Shown: in pieces, positions 23,554 to 31,998 of the stretch
Position numbering within the stretch: the stretch's first letter is position 1
Layout of the letters: every line of letters begins with the position of its first letter
Virus record (IMG/VR): IMGVR_UViG_3300023252_000178
Span: 1 to 33,495 of that record
DNA length: 33,495 bases
Source: a virus
Taxonomy: Duplodnaviria; Caudoviricetes
Direction: 5' to 3' (one strand)
The notes under the pieces: model-generated
The model's input: the letters and a program-made list of their open reading frames with translations, nothing else
Database searches by the model: none
What the model was told of the DNA's origin: nothing
Made by a program: the position numbers and the translations under genes

Positions 23554-24477
23554 ATGCCCACTGCAATCGATTTGTTCGCCGGTCTCGGCGGATGGTCTAC
23601 CGGTGCCCGCGCGGCGGGTGTCGAAGTCCTCTGGGCTGCAAACCACTGGCCGGTCGCGGTCGAGTGGCACGCCGCCAACCACCCGGACACCCAGCACATC
23701 TGCCAAGACCTGCACCAAGCCCGCTGGGAGCAAGTGCCCGCCCACGACATGCTGCTGGCGTCGCCGTGCTGCCAAGGTCATTCGAAGGCTCGCGGCCAAG
23801 CAAACGGAAACCCGCAGCACGATGCCTCACGCTCTACAGCCTGGGCTGTTGTGTCGGCTCTGGAGTTTCACCGGCCGGGCGTGGCATTGGTTGAAAACGT
23901 TCAGGAGTTCACCGACTGGGCGCTCTACCCTGCCTGGGTCTCCGCTGTTCAGGCGCTTGGATACCAGGTCGCGCCGCACGTCGTGGACTGCGCAGATCTG
24001 GGCGTTCCTCAGCACCGCGTCAGGCTGTTCCTAGTGCTGACCCGCAGCAGGGCGCCTTTGATGCTCGAGCTGCACCGGCGCCAGCATGTGCCAGCCGCCA
24101 GCTTCCTTGACTTCAACGCTGGGAAATGGTCGCCGATCGAGCGGCCGGGCCGCGCGCAGGCCACGCTCAATCGAGTTCGTAACGGGCGCGAGCGCTTCGG
24201 CGACCAGTTCATCATGCCCTACTACGGCAAAGGCTCCGGGCTGACCGGGCGCGGCATGGACCGGCCTATCGGGACGATAACCACGCGCGACCGATGGGCT
24301 TTGGTGCGCGGTAACGAGATGCGAATGGTGAGCGCCGACGAGGCCTTGGCCGCCCAGTCCTTCCCCGCCGACACCCTGCGACCCAAGAGCCACAAGCTGA
24401 CCATGCACATGGCCGGCAACGCTGTTCCCCCACTCGCTGGCCAGCGCGTAATCGAAGCGCTGATGGCCGCCGCCTGA
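23554..24477 (+). CDS. C5 DNA cytosine methyltransferase
   Basis: DLFAGLGG (I), SPCCQGHS (IV), ENV (VI), PQHRVRLF (VIII), GNAVPP (X). Confidence 0.95.
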   Translation: MPTAIDLFAGLGGWSTGARAAGVEVLWAANHWPVAVEWHAANHPDTQHICQDLHQARWEQVPAHDMLLASPCCQGHSKARGQANGNPQHDASRSTAWAVVSALEFHRPGVALVENVQEFTDWALYPAWVSAVQALGYQVAPHVVDCADLGVPQHRVRLFLVLTRSRAPLMLELHRRQHVPAASFLDFNAGKWSPIERPGRAQATLNRVRNGRERFGDQFIMPYYGKGSGLTGRGMDRPIGTITTRDRWALVRGNEMRMVSADEALAAQSFPADTLRPKSHKLTMHMAGNAVPPLAGQRVIEALMAAA

Positions 24478-24485
24478 CCAACCCC

Positions 24486-24535
24486 AAAGTAACCTCCAAG
24501 GGTTACATTCCGGAAAGTAACCTGAATCGGTTACA
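24486..24535. repeat. Tandem palindromes GTAACC-N6-GGTTAC
   Basis: Copies at 24489-24506 and 24517-24534, each preceded by AAA and followed by A. Confidence 0.85.
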
Positions 24536-24546
24536 GGGATATCGCC

Positions 24547-24861
24547 ATGCGAATCTACCTCAGCGGGCCCATGACGGGCCTGCCCGATTACAACTACCCA
24601 GCATTCAACGCAGAGGCCGCCCGGCTCCGCGCACTGGGCTACGCCGTCGAGAACCCCGCAGAGAATCCACTGCCCGCCGACGCGCCTTGGCACCTCTGCA
24701 TGCGAGACGCCATACGCCAGATGCTGACCTGCGACGCCGTGGCCTTTCTGCCTGGCTGGCAGGTCTCGCGCGGCGCCAACGTCGAAATCGAACTTGCCGG
24801 GCATCTCGGCATGGAAGTCATTCAAGCGAGCGGCATTGTTTCGCCGCAGGAGGGGTTATGA
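24547..24861 (+). CDS. DUF4406 family protein (nucleoside deoxyribosyltransferase-like fold)
   Basis: RIYLSGPMTGLPDYNYPAF...NPA...CDAVAFLPGWQVSRGANVE. Confidence 0.9.
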   Translation: MRIYLSGPMTGLPDYNYPAFNAEAARLRALGYAVENPAENPLPADAPWHLCMRDAIRQMLTCDAVAFLPGWQVSRGANVEIELAGHLGMEVIQASGIVSPQEGL

Positions 24862-25436
24862 GTCAGGAACTTCGAGTGGTCCCAGCAGCGCTGCTGGAAT
24901 CGGCCTTGAAAACATTAGCCGGTGTCGCGCCGGGCCGGTTCGCCGTAGAAGCCGAGCTGCGCGCTATCGTTGATGCACCTGTGCCGCCTGCTGGCGGAGA
25001 GGTGGAGGTGCTGGCGGTGGTCACGCTTGGCAGCTTCAGCCCTGAAGAGCTCGGGGATATAGACGTTGAGCCTCAGATCAAAACTCTGGAGCGCCTTCAG
25101 CAGCAACTCGTCACAAGCGAGGATGTCAGCCTTGAACTGGTAGACGGGGCACACGTCACCCGCCTCCAAACCGAGGTCGCCGCCCTGCAGCGGAAGCTGA
25201 CTAAGGCCAGCCTCAGTTGCCACGACCTGGCTCACAAGCTGGCGGACAAGTGGGGTTCCGTCCAGGGCGCTCAGTTCGAGACGGTAAAAGCCCTTCGCCA
25301 CTTGAACGAGGAGCTGCAGCAGCGCCTAAACACCGCCGATCAGCGGGTTGATGATCTGCAAACAGCATTGCAGGCAGCTCAGACTCCCTTCCCTGGCTAC
25401 CCAGATCGTCACCCCGATGAAGTGGTTAAGTCATGA
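24858..25436 (+). CDS. Hypothetical phage protein with coiled coil
   Basis: GGAGG SD and ATGA overlap at 24858. Confidence 0.7.
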   Translation: MSQELRVVPAALLESALKTLAGVAPGRFAVEAELRAIVDAPVPPAGGEVEVLAVVTLGSFSPEELGDIDVEPQIKTLERLQQQLVTSEDVSLELVDGAHVTRLQTEVAALQRKLTKASLSCHDLAHKLADKWGSVQGAQFETVKALRHLNEELQQRLNTADQRVDDLQTALQAAQTPFPGYPDRHPDEVVKS

Positions 25437-25639
25437 TAAAAATCGTCCAGATCATCCTCGAATGCGATGGCGAGCTGTGCCAGGCGTCAGTGCCTGAGCA
25501 CATGGATCTGCTGATTCTCGACTTCCTCAGAGCCGAGGACGGCAAGATCAAAGCAGTGAAGCTGCCAGCCAGCGTCGTGAAAACCTCGTACTCGGCACTG
25601 TCGGGCATCACCGACGCCAGCCTCTCCACCAGGCAGTAA
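25433..25639 (+). CDS. Hypothetical phage protein
   Basis: ATGA-coupled ORF. Confidence 0.65.
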   Translation: MIKIVQIILECDGELCQASVPEHMDLLILDFLRAEDGKIKAVKLPASVVKTSYSALSGITDASLSTRQ

Positions 25640-25744
25640 CCCTCAGAAAATCTTACCCCAGCCCGGAAAATCTTACTTTCCGCCCTACCGGCTCGGATTT
25701 ATTTACTCATTGCCTGCTGCGCCTGAGCGCGGCGAGGAGCAACA

Positions 25745-25996
25745 TTGTGCGAAACAAAAGAACGCCTGATCCTGTTCTCGGCGCCGTTGGTGCGCGCCAA
25801 CTGGAAGCGCTCCAAGACCCCGAGAAGCGATGGAGATCGAGCGCGCCGAAGCAATCGCCGACGTAGCGAAGGTGCTGGTCGACTCTGCAAAGTCGAGGTC
25901 ATGTCCATCATCGCGACGAATGGCGACGCATGGTCGACTGGTTTCATAGAGTCAGAAAGTGCTTCGCCGGCGCTTGCACGCACCGCCATTCAGTAG
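25745..25996 (+). pseudogene. Fused, frameshifted remnants of two phage genes
   Basis: KERLILFSAPLVRA, then LEALQDPEK / MEIERAEAIADVAKVLVDSAK / VEVM...STGFIE spread over three frames. Confidence 0.65.
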
Positions 25997-26015
25997 CGCA
26001 TCAAAGCCTCCACCA

Positions 26016-26435
26016 TCATGGCTTCGCATAGCTATCAAGCGCCTTACGAAATAGCCTTGCTATATAGCGTGTTCTGCCGGCCATCGTATTCGTCTTCAAC
26101 GTACCCTTGATAGAATTCCTGTCCTTTTCCGCAAGATCGTTTAGCGCCTTGTAAAGAACGCTTTGAGCCTCAGCGGTGCTACCAACTGACTTGAGTGCGT
26201 CTCGATAAATCGCGCGCACAAGCACGGGATCATGGTCGCCTATCCTCTCACCTTCTGCAGTTAGGTCTACTATACTTCCAGATTCACTTTTCCTTACAAT
26301 TTCCTTTTGTAGTTCCACCTGCAATGCCTCAACCAAACTTTTCTCGGCTTTTACCCTATCTTTTAGGCTGAACAAAGTAGCCACCAGGGAGACAGTAGCG
26401 AGTAACAACGGGATAATACCGATAAGATCTTCCAT
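26016..26435 (-). CDS. AT-rich moron gene 2: N-terminal TM + soluble helical domain
   Basis: LIGIIPLLLATVSLVATLFSL; TAATG overlap with the upstream gene. Confidence 0.75.
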   Translation of the reverse strand: MEDLIGIIPLLLATVSLVATLFSLKDRVKAEKSLVEALQVELQKEIVRKSESGSIVDLTAEGERIGDHDPVLVRAIYRDALKSVGSTAEAQSVLYKALNDLAEKDRNSIKGTLKTNTMAGRTRYIARLFRKALDSYAKP

Positions 26436-26827
26436 TAGTCGTCCCCCAGCGAAAAATCAGTGTATTTCCGAAGCTCAATAACGTGATACCAAAACTTCAC
26501 GGCAACGTTCGTGGCAAATAAAACAACTAGAACTATTGAGGCGTAGAAGCTGGGTGCCTCCTTACCAGGATCAAGAGACAACAAATGCCCAAACATAGCC
26601 GCATAGAAAACACAGATCAACATGGATGTGACAAAGACCAATCTATTCTTTGAAACGACACCCGTTGTCACGGAATACATACTTGCTGCCAAGACAAGGT
26701 TAGACGAGCTGATCGTGTTGGTAATCGCATACTCGACAAATAACGGCAACATTGGCAGTAGAAGATTTAGACCAACGCTTGCCAGCCAATGCCCCACAGC
26801 CTCATGGCGTTTTAAAGACTGGTTCAC
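26435..26827 (-). CDS. AT-rich moron gene 1: about 4-TM membrane protein
   Basis: AAGGAG SD, GTG start; four hydrophobic segments. Confidence 0.75.
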   Translation of the reverse strand: MNQSLKRHEAVGHWLASVGLNLLLPMLPLFVEYAITNTISSSNLVLAASMYSVTTGVVSKNRLVFVTSMLICVFYAAMFGHLLSLDPGKEAPSFYASIVLVVLFATNVAVKFWYHVIELRKYTDFSLGDD

Positions 26828-27038
26828 CAGCCACTCCTTCTGCAGTTTGGATCCTAGCCCAAGCCTGGTATGACGATGGGTTTGGGTAATTTACAGGAGA
26901 TGAAAGCCTGAGCCTATCGGCAGATGCTCCGTTACAAAATAAAACCTCAGTACGATTCCAGTCGAAGCAGTCGACCACGAGTTTTTATCCCGTACCATCC
27001 ACATGCCTGCCGGTGTACGGCGGGCGGGAGAGTCCTGC

Positions 27039-27467
27039 ATGTCTCAAGCACTTGATGAGCGGCCGCTTCTGGATCGCCTGAAAGCCCGCATCCAAAAATA
27101 CCTCGGCGCCACAACGAAGCCGATCGCCACGGATATCGCCCTGCACCAGCAGTCCGCGGATGAAATCACCAAGCTGGAGCTTGAGCTGAAGAAGGCGAAA
27201 AACCTGATCAAAGAGATGGACCTCCTGTTCGGCCGAAACCTGCTCGCGATGCGCTGTGCCGTCATCGAATGGGATCGCGGCGCCGGTGCCAAAGCGGGTA
27301 TGTCGTGGATCTACAACACGCTGCGTGGTCCTGGCGAGCTTCCCCCGCGGGATGCCACCGTGGCGCAGGCCTACTTCGACAAGGAAATCATCGCTATCCA
27401 GCGAGGCCTGGACGAAGTGCATGTCGCGCGCGAAGCGCTGCGACCAAAACCAGTCAACCCCGCATAG
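27039..27467 (+). CDS. Hypothetical phage protein upstream of xis
   Basis: GGGAG SD; AGMSWIYNTLRGPGELP. Confidence 0.7.
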   Translation: MSQALDERPLLDRLKARIQKYLGATTKPIATDIALHQQSADEITKLELELKKAKNLIKEMDLLFGRNLLAMRCAVIEWDRGAGAKAGMSWIYNTLRGPGELPPRDATVAQAYFDKEIIAIQRGLDEVHVAREALRPKPVNPA

Positions 27468-27485
27468 ACCCCGGAGGTAGTAAAC

Positions 27486-27698
27486 ATGAAGCGCGAACTG
27501 ATCAAAATCAGCGAGTTCCAGCGCCGCCGCTGGGGTGAAAACGGCACACCGCCCTGCTCCCAGGCGATCCGCAACTACATTCGAGACGGCAAGCTTCCGG
27601 GCGAGCAGATCGGCAAACTCTGGTATATCGACTGGGCGGCCTTCAACAAGTCCGCCGGCAACGAGCTCGTAGCGATGGTATTGAAAGGAGCTGCATGA
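27486..27698 (+). CDS. xis: Excisionase
   Basis: Small winged-helix-like AIRNYIRDGKLPGEQIGKLWYID; overlaps the int start. Confidence 0.8.
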   Translation: MKRELIKISEFQRRRWGENGTPPCSQAIRNYIRDGKLPGEQIGKLWYIDWAAFNKSAGNELVAMVLKGAA

Positions 27699-28810
27699 TG
27701 GTCCCTCGGCCGCGCAACAAGTCGAACAGAGGCTTGCCGCCTAACCTCTACCTGGATGACCGGCGCGGGACTTACCGGTACCGCAGGCCGACGGACGGCA
27801 AATGGTTTCCGTTCGGGCCCGACCGGGTTAAAGCGGTCGACGCGGCCAAGCAGCTCAACCTCGCGTTCATGCAGGGCGCTGACCTCGTTGGCGCGGTGAT
27901 GGGCGAATCTGCCGAGCTGTTCACCGCGTTCCTGACCCAGTATGAGGAAAAGGTTCTGCCGCCCCGCGAACTCTCCGCGGGGACACTCGGCTTATACGCA
28001 GTCCACTTCCGGCGCTTCCGGAAGGAATTTGAAGGAAAGGCAATCGATCAGATCACAATCCGCATGATCGCCGAGCTGCTGGACGCAGTGACACCTCGGA
28101 CCGCAAACCAGTACCGCGCGCTGCTGATCGACATATTCAATCATGCCGCGGCGAAGGGTCTGTGCCCTGACAACCCCGCCATGAGCACGATCAGCCGAAT
28201 CGAGAAGAAGGCCCGCAAACGGCACACGATCGAAGGCCTGAAAGCCATTCGGGAAAAATCCCCGGCCTGGCTGCAGAACGCAATCGACCTGGCGCTGATC
28301 ACCGCGCAGCGGCGCACTGACATCCTGTCCATGAAGTTCGAGGACGTGAAGGATGGCTACCTGTACGTGGTCCAGCAGAAAACCGCCAAGGCGTCAGACA
28401 TGGCCTGGATCAGATTCAAGGTGACGGCCGAGCTTCAGCGGGTCATAAGTCATTGCCGAGACAACGTCGTGTCGCCGTTCCTCATCCACCGGCGACCAGA
28501 TCGGAAGAAGCAGAAGCAAGCGGAGAAGAAAGAGCACTGGACCAAGATCGAGGAGCGGTATCTGACCAGGGCTTTCAAGGAGGCGCGCGAAGCGGCGGAT
28601 TGTTACAAGGGATGGAAGGAAGAAGAGATGCCGGGCTTCCATGAGGTCAGAGCGCTATCGCTGCACCTGTACAAGAAAGCCGGAAAGGATGGGCAGAAGA
28701 TCGCCGGCCACGCCAGCGAGGAGATGACCAAAAACTACCAGAAGGACCATGCGGAAGTGGTCTGGTCAGACGCAGTTCCGGACCTCGATATCAGCGAAAT
28801 CGCCGGATAG
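27695..28810 (+). CDS. int: Lambda-type tyrosine integrase
   Basis: Arm-binding N-terminus (LPPNLY...YRYRRP); TAQRRTDI (R), QQKT (K), FHEVRAL (H-x-x-R), AGH, TKNY (Y). Confidence 0.95.
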   Translation: MMVPRPRNKSNRGLPPNLYLDDRRGTYRYRRPTDGKWFPFGPDRVKAVDAAKQLNLAFMQGADLVGAVMGESAELFTAFLTQYEEKVLPPRELSAGTLGLYAVHFRRFRKEFEGKAIDQITIRMIAELLDAVTPRTANQYRALLIDIFNHAAAKGLCPDNPAMSTISRIEKKARKRHTIEGLKAIREKSPAWLQNAIDLALITAQRRTDILSMKFEDVKDGYLYVVQQKTAKASDMAWIRFKVTAELQRVISHCRDNVVSPFLIHRRPDRKKQKQAEKKEHWTKIEERYLTRAFKEAREAADCYKGWKEEEMPGFHEVRALSLHLYKKAGKDGQKIAGHASEEMTKNYQKDHAEVVWSDAVPDLDISEIAG

Positions 28811-28841
28811 TTTTGCGCCAGTTTTGCGCGGATTTTGCGCG
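28811..28841. repeat. Three tandem TTTTGCGC repeats (probable Int arm-type sites)
   Basis: TTTTGCGC at 28811, 28822, 28833 (11-bp period) between int and att. Confidence 0.7.
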
Positions 28842-28854
28842 GGCCAAAAATGAA

Positions 28855-28890
28855 AAAGGGAATCAAGCCTGTAAGTGGCTGATTCCCTTT
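28855..28890. terminator. Hairpin between int and the tRNA fragment
   Basis: AAAGGGAATC-A-AGCC-TGTAAGT-GGCT-GATTCCCTTT. Confidence 0.65.
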
Positions 28891-28898
28891 ACAAAATA

Positions 28899-28943
28899 TG
28901 GTCGGGACGGAGTGATTCGAACACTCGACCCCTAGCACCCCAT
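28899..28943 (-). other. att core: 3' half of tRNA-Pro(GGG), anticodon loop to CCA; 5' half absent
   Basis: Reverse complement ATGGGGTGCTAGGGGTCGAGTGTTCGAATCACTCCGTCCCGACCA has the TTCGAAT T-loop and CCA; no D-arm or 5' acceptor strand to the right. Confidence 0.9.
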
Positions 28944-29103
28944 CTCCTTTTTCATACTTCTTGAAAGCTTCCAAAATTTTACTCTGGATTTTTATAAGCT
29001 AGTATTTACTTGAGCTCCAGCGGTGTTCTGCTCTACGAGAGTCCAGCAACGTCCATCAAGAGCCGACGTTTTTGTGGGGGTAAAAGTAGGGGGAGTCCGT
29101 TTC

Positions 29104-30558
29104 ATGGCCAAAATCACCATCAAAGAACTCGAGTCGCTGACCGCCAACGATGCCGGCCGAATCCTTAGGGAGGATGGCAATCTGGCCGGTCGAATCTCAG
29201 TCCGTAAGGACGGTGTGTCGGTCAGCTTTTTCTATCGCTATCGCTGGGGCGAGCAGAATAAAGAGTACTCCTGCGGGTCCTGGCCGCGCAAATCCCTGAC
29301 GGACATCCGCAAGGCGCGCAACCAGGCCCGTGCGCTCATCGATGAGCAGATCAATCCCAACGAGCACAAGAAAACCGCCAAGGCACAGGCTCATGCCGCG
29401 ACGAACGCAAAAGCCGATCAGGAAAAATCGACGAAGGTCCAAACTCTGACCGTCCAGGATCTGGCCAAGGCCTGGCTGCTGGATGGCGTCGCGCGTAAAG
29501 ACGGCAATGCCGAGTTGCAACGGCGCTTTAACAAGGACCTTTTGCCAGCACTCGGTAGGACAGCGGTGAACAATGTTTCCGAACACGATGTTCGGGCGCT
29601 AATCCGGGCCGTGGTCAACCGCGGCGCTCACCGGCAAGCCATCAGTTTCTTCGCCGACCTCACCCAGATGTTTAGCTGGGCTAGAAAGCGTCAGCCCTGG
29701 CGGACCTTATTGATCGAGGGCGATCCGACTGAGTTGGTCGACATTTCCCCTCTGATCCCCGCCGACTACGAGGCGGAAAGAAGCCGTATCCTTTCCCCGG
29801 CGGAGCTGTTGGAACTGCACAACCGTTTCCAGCAAATGACCGCCGATTACGACGCCCTCCCCGCGGGCCAAAAATACGACGGCATTCGTCCGCTAAAGAA
29901 GGAAACGCAGCTCGCGCTCTGGATTAGCCTGGGCACGCTGTGCCGAATTGGTGAATTGCTGCAGGCCGAATGGAAAAATGTCGATCTGGACCAGCAAACC
30001 TGGTTCCTCCCCAGCGAAAACGTCAAAGGCACCCGCGGCAAGAAACAGGACCACCATGTCTTCCTCTCCTCCTTCGCCTTGCATTTCTTTCAGGAACTCA
30101 AGACCCTGACGGGAGACTCCCTGTGGTGCTTTCCGAACAAGCAGGATGATGGGCATGTGGACGTGAAAGTGGTGAGCAAGCAGGTGGGTGACCGTCAAGC
30201 CCGGTTCAAAAACCGCAAGGCCCTCTCCAGACGGTGCCATGACGATACCCTGGTCCTTGCCGACGGCCAAAACGGCGACTGGACGCCGCATGACTTGCGC
30301 CGTACGGGGGCGACCATGATGCAAGCCTTAGGCGTTAGCCTGGACGTCATTGATCGCTGCCAAAATCATGTACTGGCCGGCTCTCGGGTGAGACGCCACT
30401 ACTTGCATCACGACTATGCCGACGAGAAGAAAAACGCCTGGAACCTGCTGGGCGATCGACTCAGTGCGGTGCTGTCCTCGACCTACGAGCACACGCCAAA
30501 CGAGTCGATATTGTCTTTTCCAGTGTACACGACGAAAGAGACCCGGGCGTCCTCATAG
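29104..30558 (+). CDS. P4-like tyrosine integrase with N-terminal arm-binding domain
   Basis: FFYRYRWG...CGSWPRKSLTDIR; LCRIGEL (R); TPHDLRRTGAT; QNH; HYLHHDY. Confidence 0.92.
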   Translation: MAKITIKELESLTANDAGRILREDGNLAGRISVRKDGVSVSFFYRYRWGEQNKEYSCGSWPRKSLTDIRKARNQARALIDEQINPNEHKKTAKAQAHAATNAKADQEKSTKVQTLTVQDLAKAWLLDGVARKDGNAELQRRFNKDLLPALGRTAVNNVSEHDVRALIRAVVNRGAHRQAISFFADLTQMFSWARKRQPWRTLLIEGDPTELVDISPLIPADYEAERSRILSPAELLELHNRFQQMTADYDALPAGQKYDGIRPLKKETQLALWISLGTLCRIGELLQAEWKNVDLDQQTWFLPSENVKGTRGKKQDHHVFLSSFALHFFQELKTLTGDSLWCFPNKQDDGHVDVKVVSKQVGDRQARFKNRKALSRRCHDDTLVLADGQNGDWTPHDLRRTGATMMQALGVSLDVIDRCQNHVLAGSRVRRHYLHHDYADEKKNAWNLLGDRLSAVLSSTYEHTPNESILSFPVYTTKETRASS

Positions 30559-30694
30559 GGCTATTTCACCCTGCGTTCACCGGAATTTAACGTCCCCACG
30601 CTGTGATCCACAATTGGCGATGAGCAAAGGTTGCAGATTGCATGTACACATTCGTGAGCTTTACCGTCAAGGTACTGTTCGAAAAAGTATGGCA

Positions 30695-31453
30695 AACTGC
30701 ACCGACTCCTCCACCATCCGGATGGCCGCTACAAAATCTTTGGGGCGATGCAGCAATAACTCGTTTTTCAAAATCCCGTTCACACGCTCAGCCAACCAAC
30801 GCATTTTGGTAGCAGTCGTAGCAATCGGTCATTGAGCAGGTGATGCCGTGCTTGGCATGCAGCCGCTGATAAAGCTCGGAGCAGTATTGGACGCTTCTAT
30901 CCGAGTGATGCACTAGGCGTTGCTCCGTTGTCCGCTGCCTGAGGGCTTTGTTGAACGCCTGGTTCACCGATTCGATGTGCAAGCTTTCATGGACATGGTG
31001 CTCCACGATTTTTCGGGAGTACACATCGGTGATCAAACTCAGATAAGCCACACCCGTTTGCGTCGATAAGTAGGTGATGTCCGCACCCCATACTTGCTCT
31101 GGCGCCTTGGCGACTACCTGAAACGGTCCATCTTTGAGCAGGTTTGGACGCCGGCGAAAGCGATGAGGGCTGTCTGTCGTTTTGTGACAGGCCCGTCTGC
31201 GGGGAACCAGTTCGCGCCGATCTCGCAAGCTGTCGAATAAACGGCCTCGACCAACCTTGACGGACACTTCTGGCTCAGCGCGCATTAGATTGTGGAGTTT
31301 TCGGGTGCCAAGGCGGGGTTGCCTAAGTCGCTTTTCCCTCACGAATCCCATCACTTCCTGTGCATAACGGGCCCGGGCATCACATGCCCGGTTGCGCTTG
31401 TAATAAGCCGGACGGAAAATCCTCATGAACTGGCAAGCCCTACTGATACTCAC
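30695..31453 (-). pseudogene. IS3 orfB (DDE transposase), frameshifted and truncated
   Basis: VWGADITY, LITDVYSRKIV, HHSDR..QYCS; a 4-bp CAAC duplication at ~30793-30800 shifts NALAERVNGILKNE out of frame. Confidence 0.85.
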
Positions 31454-31850
31454 GCCTTGGATCTGCCCTTGGGAGAGGACTTGCCGGATCGCTCTTTTAC
31501 GACAGAAACACCGAAGTCGTTCTTCAAAACGTCAACGCCGGTTTCGAAAAAAACTGAGCTTTCTGGTTGGCTTGGGCAAGCTTTTCTTCAAGCTCTTTGA
31601 TTCGCTGTTCGGGTGTCAGGTTATCAGGCTCATCCATGGAACGGGGTCTCTTGGAGCGAATGGACGCGCCTTGACTCCAGTCCTGCCGACCATGCCCGCG
31701 TAACCAGTTCAGTACGGTCGTTTTACCCTGAATGCCCTAGCGCTCTTAAGCCTCTTTATAACTCAACTCGCCTTTTTCGACCTGATCGACGAACGACAAC
31801 TTAAAGGTCAGCGTGTAATCACGCTGACTGCGCCTTTCTCCCGAATTCAT
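31450..31850 (-). pseudogene. IS3 orfA, inactivated
   Basis: MNSGERRSQRDYTLTFKL...KEA*ER*GIQGKTTVLNWLR: two in-frame stops, plus an apparent extra base in an A7 run near 31550. Confidence 0.85.
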
Positions 31851-31911
31851 TACTCCCTCCTGAGAATGGGTCAGAAGGCGTGAACCTTATTCAGGACGGG
31901 ACATATCTAAC

Positions 31912-31937
31912 AAAAAGGGCCCTTAAAAGGCCCCTTT
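31912..31937 (-). terminator. Probable terminator downstream of mmsA
   Basis: AAAAAGGG-C-CCTT-AA-AAGG-C-CCCTTT; U tract on the minus strand. Confidence 0.55.
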
Positions 31938-31998
31938 GTACTTAGATTGATATCAGCAAATTCGAAGCTTGCACCCAAGTCGCCTCAGATAAAGATAC

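Larger units (their letters stand above)
1..28943. mobile_element. Lambdoid prophage (partial; continues left of window), bounded on the right by a tRNA-Pro-derived att site
   Basis: Canonical lambdoid order terL-terS-lysis-Q-nin-replication-cII-cro-cI-pL operon-xis-int-att. Confidence 0.96.
30695..31903 (-). mobile_element. Degenerate, right-truncated IS3-family element
   Basis: Terminal IR TGTCCCGTCCTGAATAAGGTTCAC (31903-31880); orfA/orfB remnants; no second IR seen. Confidence 0.88.

Noticed and set aside
21465-24477. Restriction-modification system
   Set aside because: No endonuclease motif recognisable in neighbouring ORFs; the MTases look like orphans
28899-28975. Intact tRNA-Pro gene
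   Set aside because: Similarity stops at the anticodon loop; D-arm and 5' acceptor strand are missing
30695-31903. Active IS3 with programmed frameshift
   Set aside because: In-frame stops in orfA, a frameshift and truncation in orfB, and only one terminal IR
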